From: Smithellaceae bacterium
GTDB lineage: Bacteria; Desulfobacterota; Syntrophia; Syntrophales; Smithellaceae
Direction: 5' to 3'
DNA: 64,000 nt
NCBI GenBank assembly: GCA_963667845.2
Contig: CAXXVL010000002.1
Location: 3,136,001 to 3,200,000 of the forward strand
Below the pieces are notes generated by a model, which saw nothing but the letters and a program-made list of their open reading frames with translations, was not told the DNA's origin and did not search any database. The position numbers and the translations under genes are program-made. This document shows, piece by piece, positions 21,066 to 30,710 of this stretch; the stretch's first letter is position 1; the number at the start of each line of letters is the position of its first letter.

Positions 21066-23378
21066 ATGAATTTCTTAGATTCCTCATCTGATAAGATATT
21101 TTCTTTTTTCCGGAAATTGACTGACAAGAATAAACTGTCATTCGCTTTTCTGCGCAACACGATTTTTCAGCGGTGGGCAATTGCCATTTTACTGAGCATT
21201 GCATTGGCGGCTCTTCTCGCTCCTAAGCTTTATTACTCAAATCCTCAGTATCGGCACGGCATGATTGCTCAGGAGAACATCAAAGCAGATCGTGATTTCC
21301 TCGTCGAAGATGTCAACTCAACGCGGCAAAAGAGGAATGAAGCTGCCGCAAATGTTCGCTCGGTTTATGATTATGACACTGAAATCGCCATCACGATTCG
21401 AACGAGGATCAAGAAAGCAATTTTGCTGGCGGTGGCTAAACCGGATGAACCAAGCAATAAGATGCTTATTGAAAAATCCCTGGGAATCCCGCTTTCACAG
21501 GCCGAACTATCTTTTCTCCGCGCGAGCAGATTTTCCGATGATCTTTTTCAAAAATTGTCTCGGATCATATCCCTTTTTTACGAAGGCTCGCTGATTTCAC
21601 AAAATGCGCTCCAGAAGACTGAACGCGAAAAAGGCATAACCATCGTGAACGCTGTGACGCGGGTCGAGGAAAATTTAAAGGATGTATCCTCCGTTTTCAG
21701 CATCAAGGACGTCGATCCGCTGCTGCTAAAGAAAATAAACGCCGTCTTTAAAGGCGATCAATCGGAGGCCCGCCGGTTATCATTTTCCTTTCTAAAGAAG
21801 CTGATTGAACCGAATTTGACATTCAACCGAGAGGTAACGAGCAGGAAAATCATGACCGCCGCCGGTGAAGTCAAACCGGTTTATTTCCAAGTTCAGAAAA
21901 ACGAGATGATCGTTCGTGAAGGGGAAAAAATCGGTTATCTGGAACTGGCTAAACTGGAAGCCTTTTATAAAACAACATCAGATACTACGTTATCCAGTTT
22001 TATGATTATCCTGGGAATCTTTTGCACGACTCTTTTTCTAACTCTGCTGCTCTATTTCTGGCGCACGCGAAACTGGTTGAAAACTTCTGCCCGATCCAAC
22101 GTAGATTTCCTTGTCTTTGCCATCGTGGCCTTTTTGCAAATCTTCTTTGTCAAGGCGGGTATCTTCATGTCGGTTGCGATCAACAGAGCATTTCCTGCAA
22201 TTCCGATTGATGCATGCTATTTTTCGATTCCTTTTGCCTGCGGCGCCATGATTATTGCCGTCCTGGTCAACCGGAACGTGGCATTGATCATGAGCGTTCT
22301 GACTTCGTTTCTTATCAGCCTTCTGTTTGACGAAAAGTTCGTTTTTCCACTTTTTGCCTTTTTGGGATCGATTGCCGCTTCTTATCACATCGTCAACAGC
22401 CGTCAACGTTCCACTTTTTTGAAGGTCGGCATCTTCCTGGGCATAATCAACATGGCCGCCATTCTATGTCTGAATCTTCTTACGGGTCATGTGCTGAATG
22501 ATTTACTCATCCGATTAGCCATGGGTTTTCTGGGTGGCGTCATCACCGGGATCATTGTCGCGGGCGTAACACCGGTCTTTGAAACTCTTTTCGGCTTTAT
22601 TACGGACATCAAACTACTGGAGTTGGCCAATCTTAATCAGCCTCTTTTTCAAAGGATGATTATTGAAGCTCCCGGCACATACCATCACAGTATTATTGTT
22701 GCCTCACTGGTGGAAGCTGCGGCGGAAGCTATCGGTGCGAATTCACTTCTGGCTAAAGTAAGCGCTTATTATCATGATATCGGCAAACTGACCAAACCTC
22801 ATTACTATATTGAAAATCAGCCAGGCTACGACAACCGTCACGATAAGCTATCGCCTAAAATGAGTTCTCTTATTATCATTTCTCACGTTAAGGAGGGGTG
22901 CGAACTCGCTTCACGGGTCAAACTCGGTCAACCGATCATCAACATCATTCGCGAGCATCATGGAACGAGCCTGGTCAGCTTCTTTTATGATAAGGCAAAG
23001 AAGGATAAAGATGAATCGATACGTTCTCTGACGGAAAGTGACTTCCGCTATCCGGGTCCTAAGCCTCAAACCAAAGAAGCCGGTCTCGTTATGCTGGGCG
23101 ATGTCATCGAAGCCTCCTCGCGCACGCTTTCAAACCCGACTCCGGCCAGGATACGATCGCTGGTCCGTGAACGGATCGAGCGTATATATATGGATGGCCA
23201 ATTGAGTGATTGCGAGTTAACATTAAAAAATCTCAACACCATTGCGGAAACGTTTACCCGAATATTGACGGGAATTTTTCATCATCGTGTTGATTATCCT
23301 GAAACACCTCCTAAAGAAAATAATATCAAAAGAGAAGCCGGTGAAAATACGACTCGAAAATTTGCAGAAACGAATTAA
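21066..23378 (+). CDS. 7TM-HD (HDIG) membrane phosphohydrolase, PgpH-like cyclic-di-AMP phosphodiesterase family
   Basis: Extracytoplasmic domain, about 7 TM helices, EAPGTYHHS, YYHDIGK, HHGT, FRYPGPKP. Confidence 0.88.
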   Translation: MNFLDSSSDKIFSFFRKLTDKNKLSFAFLRNTIFQRWAIAILLSIALAALLAPKLYYSNPQYRHGMIAQENIKADRDFLVEDVNSTRQKRNEAAANVRSVYDYDTEIAITIRTRIKKAILLAVAKPDEPSNKMLIEKSLGIPLSQAELSFLRASRFSDDLFQKLSRIISLFYEGSLISQNALQKTEREKGITIVNAVTRVEENLKDVSSVFSIKDVDPLLLKKINAVFKGDQSEARRLSFSFLKKLIEPNLTFNREVTSRKIMTAAGEVKPVYFQVQKNEMIVREGEKIGYLELAKLEAFYKTTSDTTLSSFMIILGIFCTTLFLTLLLYFWRTRNWLKTSARSNVDFLVFAIVAFLQIFFVKAGIFMSVAINRAFPAIPIDACYFSIPFACGAMIIAVLVNRNVALIMSVLTSFLISLLFDEKFVFPLFAFLGSIAASYHIVNSRQRSTFLKVGIFLGIINMAAILCLNLLTGHVLNDLLIRLAMGFLGGVITGIIVAGVTPVFETLFGFITDIKLLELANLNQPLFQRMIIEAPGTYHHSIIVASLVEAAAEAIGANSLLAKVSAYYHDIGKLTKPHYYIENQPGYDNRHDKLSPKMSSLIIISHVKEGCELASRVKLGQPIINIIREHHGTSLVSFFYDKAKKDKDESIRSLTESDFRYPGPKPQTKEAGLVMLGDVIEASSRTLSNPTPARIRSLVRERIERIYMDGQLSDCELTLKNLNTIAETFTRILTGIFHHRVDYPETPPKENNIKREAGENTTRKFAETN

Positions 23379-23787
23379 GATTGACAAACGGGCGATCCGA
23401 ACCAAAGTAATCCGTCTCATGAAGCTGGCGAATTGCGCGGATAAGGAAATCAGCATTACTTTTGTCGATGATCCAACCATTCAGCGCATCAACAAGCAGT
23501 ACCTCTCCAGAGATAAAACAACAAATGTTATTTCCTTTTCTCTTCAGGAAGGTGATTTTGGTGATATTAATCGCGACCTGCTCGGCGATATCGTCATCTC
23601 GGTCGACACAGCCTACCGCGATGCCGAAAACGGCAATTTCGAATTCACTGAAGAACTCATTTTTCTAATTATCCACGGTCTCTTGCATCTCACGGGCTAT
23701 AACCATGAAAACACCTCTAAAACCGATGCAATGAAAATGAAAAAAAAGGAAAAAGAATTGTTCAGAGTCTTAATGCAGTCCCGATGA
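23341..23787 (+). CDS. ybeY: rRNA maturation endoribonuclease YbeY
   Basis: TNVISF, LGDIVIS, HGLLHLTGYNH; GTG start overlapping the upstream gene. Confidence 0.93.
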   Translation: MKIRLENLQKRIKIDKRAIRTKVIRLMKLANCADKEISITFVDDPTIQRINKQYLSRDKTTNVISFSLQEGDFGDINRDLLGDIVISVDTAYRDAENGNFEFTEELIFLIIHGLLHLTGYNHENTSKTDAMKMKKKEKELFRVLMQSR

Positions 23788-23820
23788 TTGAAGCAGTTAA
23801 GATGATTCGATATCAGATTT

Positions 23821-25749
23821 TTATCTAATCGTAAGAACTTGCCCCGGCGTCAGGGAGTCAGGACCGGAAAGATTATTCATTTGGATTAATTTGGCTAGTT
23901 CAATATCATATTTTTTGGCAATAACGGACAGATTGTCACCTTTTGTAACAATATGTTTGTCTGTTCCTAACTTGGAAATTTCTTCTGCAGTCAGAGTTTT
24001 ACCTACGACATTCGATTTTCCCGCCGCGGACGTTTGTACGCGGGTACCTTTTTCCCGTTTTTCGTCATCATTCTCCCCCATGGCACTGGTAGGAATCTTC
24101 AGCGTCCGGCCGGCCTGGAGCGCATTTGTTTTCAATTTATTTATTGCTTTGAGTTTGGCCATTGGCACTTGGAATCGTCTGGCAATGCCTGCTAAGGAAT
24201 CGCCGGGCTTTACTTTGTAAGACTGAATCGCTGCGGATGTCTTATGCACTGCTATATTTTTATTGCGCAATGGTGTATTCTTCACCGTCGCTGTTTCCAT
24301 ACGGTTATCGGGAATGCGAATGATCTGACCTCTAACCAATCTTTTTTTTGTGTTGATACGGTTAGATGCAAAAATGCTTTGAGTCGATACTTTATATCGT
24401 TTGGCGATAGAGGCAACTGTTTCACCGGGACGAACGCGATGTTTGACATAGGCGGATCGGCTGTAACTGAAACGCGGTCTGTCCGTGTCCGGGATATCGC
24501 TATAAACCATGTTAAATTTTTCCAGGGATCCCTGGGGAATTTTGAATGAATATTCCCTGTCCGGTGTAATTCTATATCTGAGTTCCGCGTTAAGCACATT
24601 GATGCATTCTTCGGATATTTCCATTTTGGATGCGACATCCGTCAATTTCATCATTTTGTTTACGGTAACCGTTTCGTAGTTAAGCAGCGATTCCGTCGTC
24701 GTCTGTAGCTCAAACCCATACTTTTCAGGATTCTTTATGATTTGCAGGGTTGCCAGGAAACGCGGGACATAGCGTGCGGTCTCGTTGGGTAACTGAGAGT
24801 AGAGATCCCAGAAGCGGTCAAAGTAATTGATGCGCTGCCTGGATATGACTCGAAGCACCCTTCCCTCGCCGCAATTGTATGCCGCAAGTACAGTCAGCCA
24901 ATCACCGAACATGGAGTGCAGTTCTTTCAAATAAGCAATAGCAGCGTGCGTCGACTTTAAAACATCCATGCGTTCATCTATCCATTCATCCCGCGTTAAG
25001 CCGAATTTGTAACCTGTCGATGGAATAAACTGCCACAAACCCAGAGCTCTTGCGCGCGACAACGCACATACCTTGAAACCGCTTTCAACGAGAGGCAGCC
25101 AGAAAAATTCCTCCGGAATACCGGCTTGCCTCAGTTCTCCGATAATGATGTCTCTATAGAGCCCGGAACGTTGGTACGAGGATATAAAAAACTCTCTTTC
25201 AGGACCTTGGAATGAACGAATTTCTTTTTCCACATCAGCATTAATCACCATTGGAATCTCACTCGCTTTGCCATTCGTTTTTCGCTGTTGCGACGAATAA
25301 AGGGCAAGGATCCGTCTGGAAATTAAAAGACGCAAATCATCCTTTTGTCGGGCAATTTCCACATCCCCGTTCGTATCCAAAACCAGGGCATAAGCTTTAT
25401 CCAAGGTGTTTACGGTATTTTCGATATCTCCATTTTTCCAATATTTATCTGCAAGCTCGAGTAATTCTAGAGCTTTTTCCATAAGGTCCTGTTCATCTTC
25501 GACCTCTGCTTTATCCTCTTCACTTGAAGCCTTTTTGTCTGCAGGACGAGAGCTAGCGCCAATGGATTCAGCTGTCGTCTGAGCCAAAATGCGGTTTTGT
25601 TCCTGAATGTCTCCTTCCGTTGCGGACACCAGTGTGTCATTGTGATAAACATTCTGCGCTTTTGCGGAAACACCCGGGATAAACAACGTGATCACACTTA
25701 GGCAAATTATAAAACAAATTGCTGAAACCTTCTTTTTGAATATCGGCAT
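23821..25749 (-). CDS. MltD-like lytic transglycosylase with three LysM domains
   Basis: LPLVES, ALGLWQFIPSTG, AAYNCGEG; three LysM repeats (VRPGET, VKPGDSL, VTKGDNL). Confidence 0.92.
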   Translation of the reverse strand: MPIFKKKVSAICFIICLSVITLFIPGVSAKAQNVYHNDTLVSATEGDIQEQNRILAQTTAESIGASSRPADKKASSEEDKAEVEDEQDLMEKALELLELADKYWKNGDIENTVNTLDKAYALVLDTNGDVEIARQKDDLRLLISRRILALYSSQQRKTNGKASEIPMVINADVEKEIRSFQGPEREFFISSYQRSGLYRDIIIGELRQAGIPEEFFWLPLVESGFKVCALSRARALGLWQFIPSTGYKFGLTRDEWIDERMDVLKSTHAAIAYLKELHSMFGDWLTVLAAYNCGEGRVLRVISRQRINYFDRFWDLYSQLPNETARYVPRFLATLQIIKNPEKYGFELQTTTESLLNYETVTVNKMMKLTDVASKMEISEECINVLNAELRYRITPDREYSFKIPQGSLEKFNMVYSDIPDTDRPRFSYSRSAYVKHRVRPGETVASIAKRYKVSTQSIFASNRINTKKRLVRGQIIRIPDNRMETATVKNTPLRNKNIAVHKTSAAIQSYKVKPGDSLAGIARRFQVPMAKLKAINKLKTNALQAGRTLKIPTSAMGENDDEKREKGTRVQTSAAGKSNVVGKTLTAEEISKLGTDKHIVTKGDNLSVIAKKYDIELAKLIQMNNLSGPDSLTPGQVLTIR

Positions 25750-25909
25750 GAATAGAGTCTCCTACATACTTTTCGGTTCTCAAGCAAAAAAGGCATTGTG
25801 TTCTAAGTCACTAAATAACGCTATATTTTCCCTTTGTTGCTTATGTCATGTTCGTCATTTAAGAACTTTATAACACACTTTCTTCTTATCCCCAAACAAT
25901 TTGACGCCT

Positions 25910-27050
25910 TCAAATTACGTTGTGTTTATCGCCGCAAAGCGATGATCCCCGCTGCCCGTCCAGCATCAGATAAGCCTGTATGAAGTCGTCAATTTCCCCA
26001 TCCAGCACTCTTTGAGTGTTAGAGACTTCAAGATTGGTTCGATGATCTTTGACCATTTTGTATGGATGCAGCACGTAGGAGCGAATCTGACTGCCCCAGG
26101 CAATTTCTTTTTTTAGCTTGTTCTCTTCATCAAGTTTTTCATTCTTCTGCTGTAATTCTCTTTCATAGAGCCGCGACTTTAAATACTTCATAGCCATCGA
26201 TTTATTTTTGTGCTGAGATCTTTCATTTTGACACTGCACGACTATTCCCGTTGGTAAATGGGTTATCCTGACCGCAGAATCTGTTTTGTTAACGTGCTGA
26301 CCTCCTTTGCCGCCGGATCTGAAGGTGTCTATTCTCAAATCATCTTCATTAATATCTATCTTAATCTCATCATCGACTTCCGGGTACACAAACACAGAAG
26401 CGAAGGACGTATGACGTCTGGCTCCCGCATCAAATGGAGAAATGCGAACTAGACGATGAATTCCAATTTCAGCTTTGGCATATCCGTATGCGTATTCACC
26501 TTCCATGGTAAAGGAGACACTCTTTATGCCAGCTTCATCACCGGGAAGAGAATCAATGATGCTCGTTTTGAAATTTCTTTTTTCTGCCCACCGGAGATAC
26601 ATTCTCAAGAGCATTTCCACCCAGTCCTGAGCTTCCGTTCCGCCGGCACCTGCATGGATCGACATAATCGCGTTCATCCGATCTTCATCGCTTGCCAGCA
26701 TCATTTTAAGCTCTTCAGCTTTAACGTCGGACGATAACTGCTCCAATTCGGATGTGAGATCTGTGATGACTTGTTCATCCTTTTCATCCGAGGCAATCAA
26801 CCAGAGGTTTTCAATATCCCGAAGCTGGTTTTGAAAACTTTTCCAGTGATCAAGGGCGTCTGATAATTTTGTCTTCTTTTGCAGGACAGCGCGGGCTTTT
26901 TCCTGATCATCCCAAAAATCTTTTTTAGATGCAAGAATCTCCAGATCTTTAACTTTCAATTCCAATTCATCGACGTCAAAGGCATTCCCCGATGTAATGA
27001 ATTCTTTGCTTCAGATCATTAACGGCGTCCTGTATGCTTTCAAATGACAT
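25910..27050 (-). CDS. prfB: Peptide chain release factor 2, expressed through a +1 programmed ribosomal frameshift
   Basis: ATG at 27050, 23 codons, then CTT-TGA-C (26981-26975) preceded by internal SD-like GGGGA; the +1 frame continues into the ORF containing SPF and GGQ motifs. Confidence 0.96.
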
Positions 27051-28611
27051 TTTTCTTTCTCCTTATTAGACTCCATACGAACAAAACGACCACGCACAGG
27101 AAACTTGCTCCTACCGGCCAGTCCCCGTATCGTGCGTAAAAAGTCGGCAACGCGATGAATTTAATAATACCATGAATTGCGTCTTTTTTAAACAGTTTGG
27201 TTTCTGCTACGACCTTTCCGGTCGGATCAACAATAGCGGAGATGCCTGTATTGGCAGCACGTACGAGGTACAGTCTCGTTTCCACGGCTCTGAAAGCTGT
27301 CATGGACAGGTGCTGATAAGGTGCGGAGGTAGTTCCGAACCAGGCGTCGTTGGTAATGTTCACCAAGAGTTCACTCCCGGCATTTTTATACGCCCTCGCC
27401 GCCTCCGGCAGTATCCCTTCATAGCAGATCAATACGCCGATTTTCCTTTCGTCCATATGTAAAGGGGAGAAACCTTTCCCTTCAGCAAAATCACCGATCC
27501 CCGCAGTCAGACCGTTGACAAAAGGAAATAGTCCTCTAAGCGGCACAAACTCTCCGTAAGGAACAAGGTGAACCTTGTCATATTTGCCCAGAATGAGACC
27601 TTGCGGTGAGAGGAGATACGCGCTGTTAAAGTAGTCTGTGCCTCGGTTTCTCCCTGCATAGCTCATCGAACCAAAGATGAACCAGCTTTTTGTTTTTACC
27701 GGCAGCGCACTCAACTGACGATGCAAATCATTTTCGTCTTGAAAGTTAAAAGGAACAGCCGTTTCGGGCCAGACTATCAGGCTGCCAGCCGCCTGCGGAC
27801 GGCGCAAAGAGAGTTCCTCATAGATATTGATAGTTTCTTTCTGAAAATCCCTGTTCCACTTGATCGACTGATCGATATTCCCCTGAATCAGGGTGACATT
27901 CATGGTCCGTGCGCCCTTTAAGATTTTATCTATCTGGGCGATTCGTAATACGCCGTATACATAAACACTCGACCACAAAAGAACTACAATTGCAGCCAAC
28001 GCGAACGATTCTTTCGATCGTTTCGTGACGATTTCAAAAAAGGCGACATTCAAAAGAACTATCAGCAGGGACAATCCAAAAATACCCGTCACATCGGCAA
28101 TCTGAATGAGGAAGATATTATTAAACTGAGAATAACCGAGGTTTTCCCAGGGAAATCCTGTGAACAACTGTGATTTGATATATTCAAGACACACCCAAAG
28201 AACTGGTGCGATAATGAATAAAGGGACCTTTCTTTTAAAATAAACTATTCCTGCAGCGAATAACGCAAAATAAAGGCCTAAGTAACAGGCCAGCAGCAGC
28301 ATAATCGAAATCCCAAGATAAAAAGGCAGATATCCATAGTGGACTACAACATAGGCTATCCAGTATATGATGCCCACACATGCCGTCAGACCCGCAATCC
28401 ATCCTAAAAAAAGCGCCCTACCAATAGATCTGATATCTCGCAAAGCAATAAACAAAGGCACCAAAGCTATCCAGGCAATGAATCCCAGACCAAATTTGGG
28501 GAAAGATAAAAAAAATAGAATTCCGCTGAATAATGCAAAAAAAATATTACGGCCATTGTTGTTTTTACTCGATGAATCGGCAAAACGATTTGCGTCGCTA
28601 TTCTTCATCAA
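27040..28611 (-). CDS. lnt: Apolipoprotein N-acyltransferase
   Basis: TGFPW, QGNI, WPETA, KVHLVPYGE, ICYE and NITNDAWFG motifs. Confidence 0.95.
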   Translation of the reverse strand: MMKNSDANRFADSSSKNNNGRNIFFALFSGILFFLSFPKFGLGFIAWIALVPLFIALRDIRSIGRALFLGWIAGLTACVGIIYWIAYVVVHYGYLPFYLGISIMLLLACYLGLYFALFAAGIVYFKRKVPLFIIAPVLWVCLEYIKSQLFTGFPWENLGYSQFNNIFLIQIADVTGIFGLSLLIVLLNVAFFEIVTKRSKESFALAAIVVLLWSSVYVYGVLRIAQIDKILKGARTMNVTLIQGNIDQSIKWNRDFQKETINIYEELSLRRPQAAGSLIVWPETAVPFNFQDENDLHRQLSALPVKTKSWFIFGSMSYAGRNRGTDYFNSAYLLSPQGLILGKYDKVHLVPYGEFVPLRGLFPFVNGLTAGIGDFAEGKGFSPLHMDERKIGVLICYEGILPEAARAYKNAGSELLVNITNDAWFGTTSAPYQHLSMTAFRAVETRLYLVRAANTGISAIVDPTGKVVAETKLFKKDAIHGIIKFIALPTFYARYGDWPVGASFLCVVVLFVWSLIRRKKNVI

Positions 28612-29422
28612 TAATTTTATCGCCCATTTTATTTATTCTCACCTTCTTGATACTGCGCTCGTCCGCACTTTCAATTGTAACATTCAGTCCGTTGATGTGA
28701 AAATTTTCTCCGAGGTGAGGGATTCTGCGAATCGTGTTTAGGATAAGGCCACTCACCGTTTCATATCGGCCTCTTTCGATGTCGATATGCAGATGTTCTT
28801 CTATTTTTTCAATTTCGGTGCGGCCATCTACTATAATTGCTCCGTCTGCGGTCTCGATGATGTCCGCAGAATCCGTATTTTCTTCATGCTCATCCCGGAT
28901 ATCTCCGACGATCTCTTCTAATAAATCCTCGAGCGTGACTAAACCTGAAGTGCCGCCGTATTCATCAATTACAATGGCTATGTGTTGCTTATTGTTTTTG
29001 AATTCGTGAAATAATAAGTGAGCATTTTTTGTCTCCGGAATGTAATAGGGCTTGGTCAGTCGCGACAATATATCAGCGGTGGTCATGCTCTGTGACCAGA
29101 TTTTTAACAGATCCTTAACATTCAAAATACCGATGATATTGTCTATCGCGCCGCGATGAACAGGCAGGCGAGTAAAATGAGAAACAGCAATCTCCTGAAT
29201 TATTTCTTCAACGGCATCGTCAGCATTAATGGAAACGATATCGGTCCGCGGTATCATAATCTCCCGGACCGAAATTGACGTAAATTCCAAAATGTTTTCG
29301 ATCATTTTTCGCGAGGCTTCATCCAAAACGCCGATCTTTTGACCCTTTGCCAATATAGTAAAAATTTCTCGACGAATATGTTCCTGCCTGCGCCTGAAAA
29401 TGAGATCAGATATTTTTTTCAT
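28598..29422 (-). CDS. CorC/HlyC-type CBS-domain protein
   Basis: [41 protein letters not shown]; CorC_HlyC C-terminus. Confidence 0.9.
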   Translation of the reverse strand: MKKISDLIFRRRQEHIRREIFTILAKGQKIGVLDEASRKMIENILEFTSISVREIMIPRTDIVSINADDAVEEIIQEIAVSHFTRLPVHRGAIDNIIGILNVKDLLKIWSQSMTTADILSRLTKPYYIPETKNAHLLFHEFKNNKQHIAIVIDEYGGTSGLVTLEDLLEEIVGDIRDEHEENTDSADIIETADGAIIVDGRTEIEKIEEHLHIDIERGRYETVSGLILNTIRRIPHLGENFHINGLNVTIESADERSIKKVRINKMGDKIIDEE

Positions 29423-29444
29423 GTTCAGTCAATTTCTCGAAAAA

Positions 29445-30317
29445 TCACAAACCACGTAAATACTCGGGCCTCATTCTGCTTTCATTTTTTTCGTGAATGA
29501 CGGAGCCGATCATTTGCAGAATTTTCTCTTTCTGCTTCGGCAGACGCGCCCTGATGGGCAGGTAATTTGACGCATGATTAGATGTAAAATAGCAGTCTGT
29601 AAAATCCGAGTTTGCAACCATCAAATAGAGTTCGCGGATAAATCCAAGCTTGTCGGGGAGCACAAACCGCCCCGACATATAATCCTCATAGAGCTCGGTT
29701 TGCGGCACAAGCATAAGTGTCAACGCACCAACATAGTCAGGGTCCATGTCCGTCAGGATTCTCGCTGTATCCATGGCATGTTCGACACTGTTTTTAATGC
29801 CGCCCATTCCGAGAATCACGGTTACCGACAACTTGATCCCTGCCTCCCTGATGCGTTTCGCAGCTTCAACCATCTGCTCTTGCGTAGCCCCTTTATCGAT
29901 CTTTTTGAGCAGTTCTGCATTCCCGGTTTCCACGCCTAGATAGATTATCTTTAAACCCAGGTCTCTGAGCTTTTTAAGATCGGCAACCGATTTCCGCAAG
30001 ATACTTTTCGCGTTGGCATAACTGCCAATCCGTTCAAGAGTCGGGAGATACCGATTAATCATCAGCAGAATCTCTTCTAATCTCGACTGCGGGATAATTA
30101 TTGCGTCTCCGTCACATAAAAAGAGTTTATCGATGCGTCCGTACGTTTTGGCTTCCTGCAGATCTTTCTCAATACGGTCAAAAGGCTTAATTTTAAATTT
30201 TTTTTGCCGGTACGTCCCGCAAAAAGTACATCGGTTGTGAGAACAGCCGACGGTGACCTGTAAAAGTAAACTATGGGCCTCGCTTGGAGGGCGTATGATC
30301 ATGCCTTCGTAATCCAC
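29445..30317 (-). CDS. Radical SAM protein
   Basis: RPPSEA..LLLQVTVGCSHNRCTFC (CxxxCxxC), SNHASNY; GTG start after GAGGA. Confidence 0.88.
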   Translation of the reverse strand: MDYEGMIIRPPSEAHSLLLQVTVGCSHNRCTFCGTYRQKKFKIKPFDRIEKDLQEAKTYGRIDKLFLCDGDAIIIPQSRLEEILLMINRYLPTLERIGSYANAKSILRKSVADLKKLRDLGLKIIYLGVETGNAELLKKIDKGATQEQMVEAAKRIREAGIKLSVTVILGMGGIKNSVEHAMDTARILTDMDPDYVGALTLMLVPQTELYEDYMSGRFVLPDKLGFIRELYLMVANSDFTDCYFTSNHASNYLPIRARLPKQKEKILQMIGSVIHEKNESRMRPEYLRGL

Positions 30318-30410
30318 TTTTTTGAATTCCTCTTCTTCAACACTATTGTATTGCTTTAATAAACCGCTCTATCGATTATGTCAATCACCCTTAATAAGGA
30401 ACTGGGGGAC

Positions 30411-30444
30411 AAAAAAAGGGAGCCGCTAAAAGCTGACTCCCTTT
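30411..30444 (-). terminator. Intrinsic terminator after the tRNA-Val/tRNA-Asp pair
   Basis: Minus strand GGGAGTC..GGCTCCC hairpin followed by T7. Confidence 0.8.
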
Positions 30445-30451
30445 GATTTTT

Positions 30452-30528
30452 TGGCGGGGCCGATGGGACTTGAACCCACGCCCTCCGGCGTGACAGGCCG
30501 GCGTTATAACCAACTTAACTACGACCCC
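30452..30528 (-). tRNA. tRNA-Asp (GTC)
   Basis: GGGGTCG acceptor, CCGGC-CTGTCAC-GCCGG anticodon arm, GTTCAAGTC T-loop, CCA end; 77 nt. Confidence 0.97.
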
Positions 30529-30559
30529 AAAAAATCGTATTCGCTATTTTCTCTTTTTC

Positions 30560-30635
30560 TGGTAGGCGGGACAGGGCTCGAACCTGTGACATCCACGGTG
30601 TAAGCGTGGCGCTCTTCCAGCTGAGCTACCCGCCC
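30560..30635 (-). tRNA. tRNA-Val (TAC)
   Basis: GGGCGGG acceptor, CCACG-CTTACAC-CGTGG anticodon arm, GTTCGAG, CCA end; 76 nt. Confidence 0.97.
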
Positions 30636-30659
30636 ACATGCCCAAAAAAAGCTGCATGG

Positions 30660-30688
30660 CTTCTAGCAATAATGAGATTCCTTGTCAA
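30660..30688 (-). promoter_or_regulatory. Sigma70 promoter for tRNA-Val/Asp
   Basis: TTGACA-N17-TAGAAG with extended TG. Confidence 0.6.
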
Positions 30689-30710
30689 GATATAAAATCA
30701 GAAATCGCTG

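Noticed and set aside
26003..26022. CIRCE-like half sites CAGCACTC-TTT-GAGTGTTAG
   Set aside because: Spacer is 3 nt rather than 9 and the site lies inside prfB coding sequence
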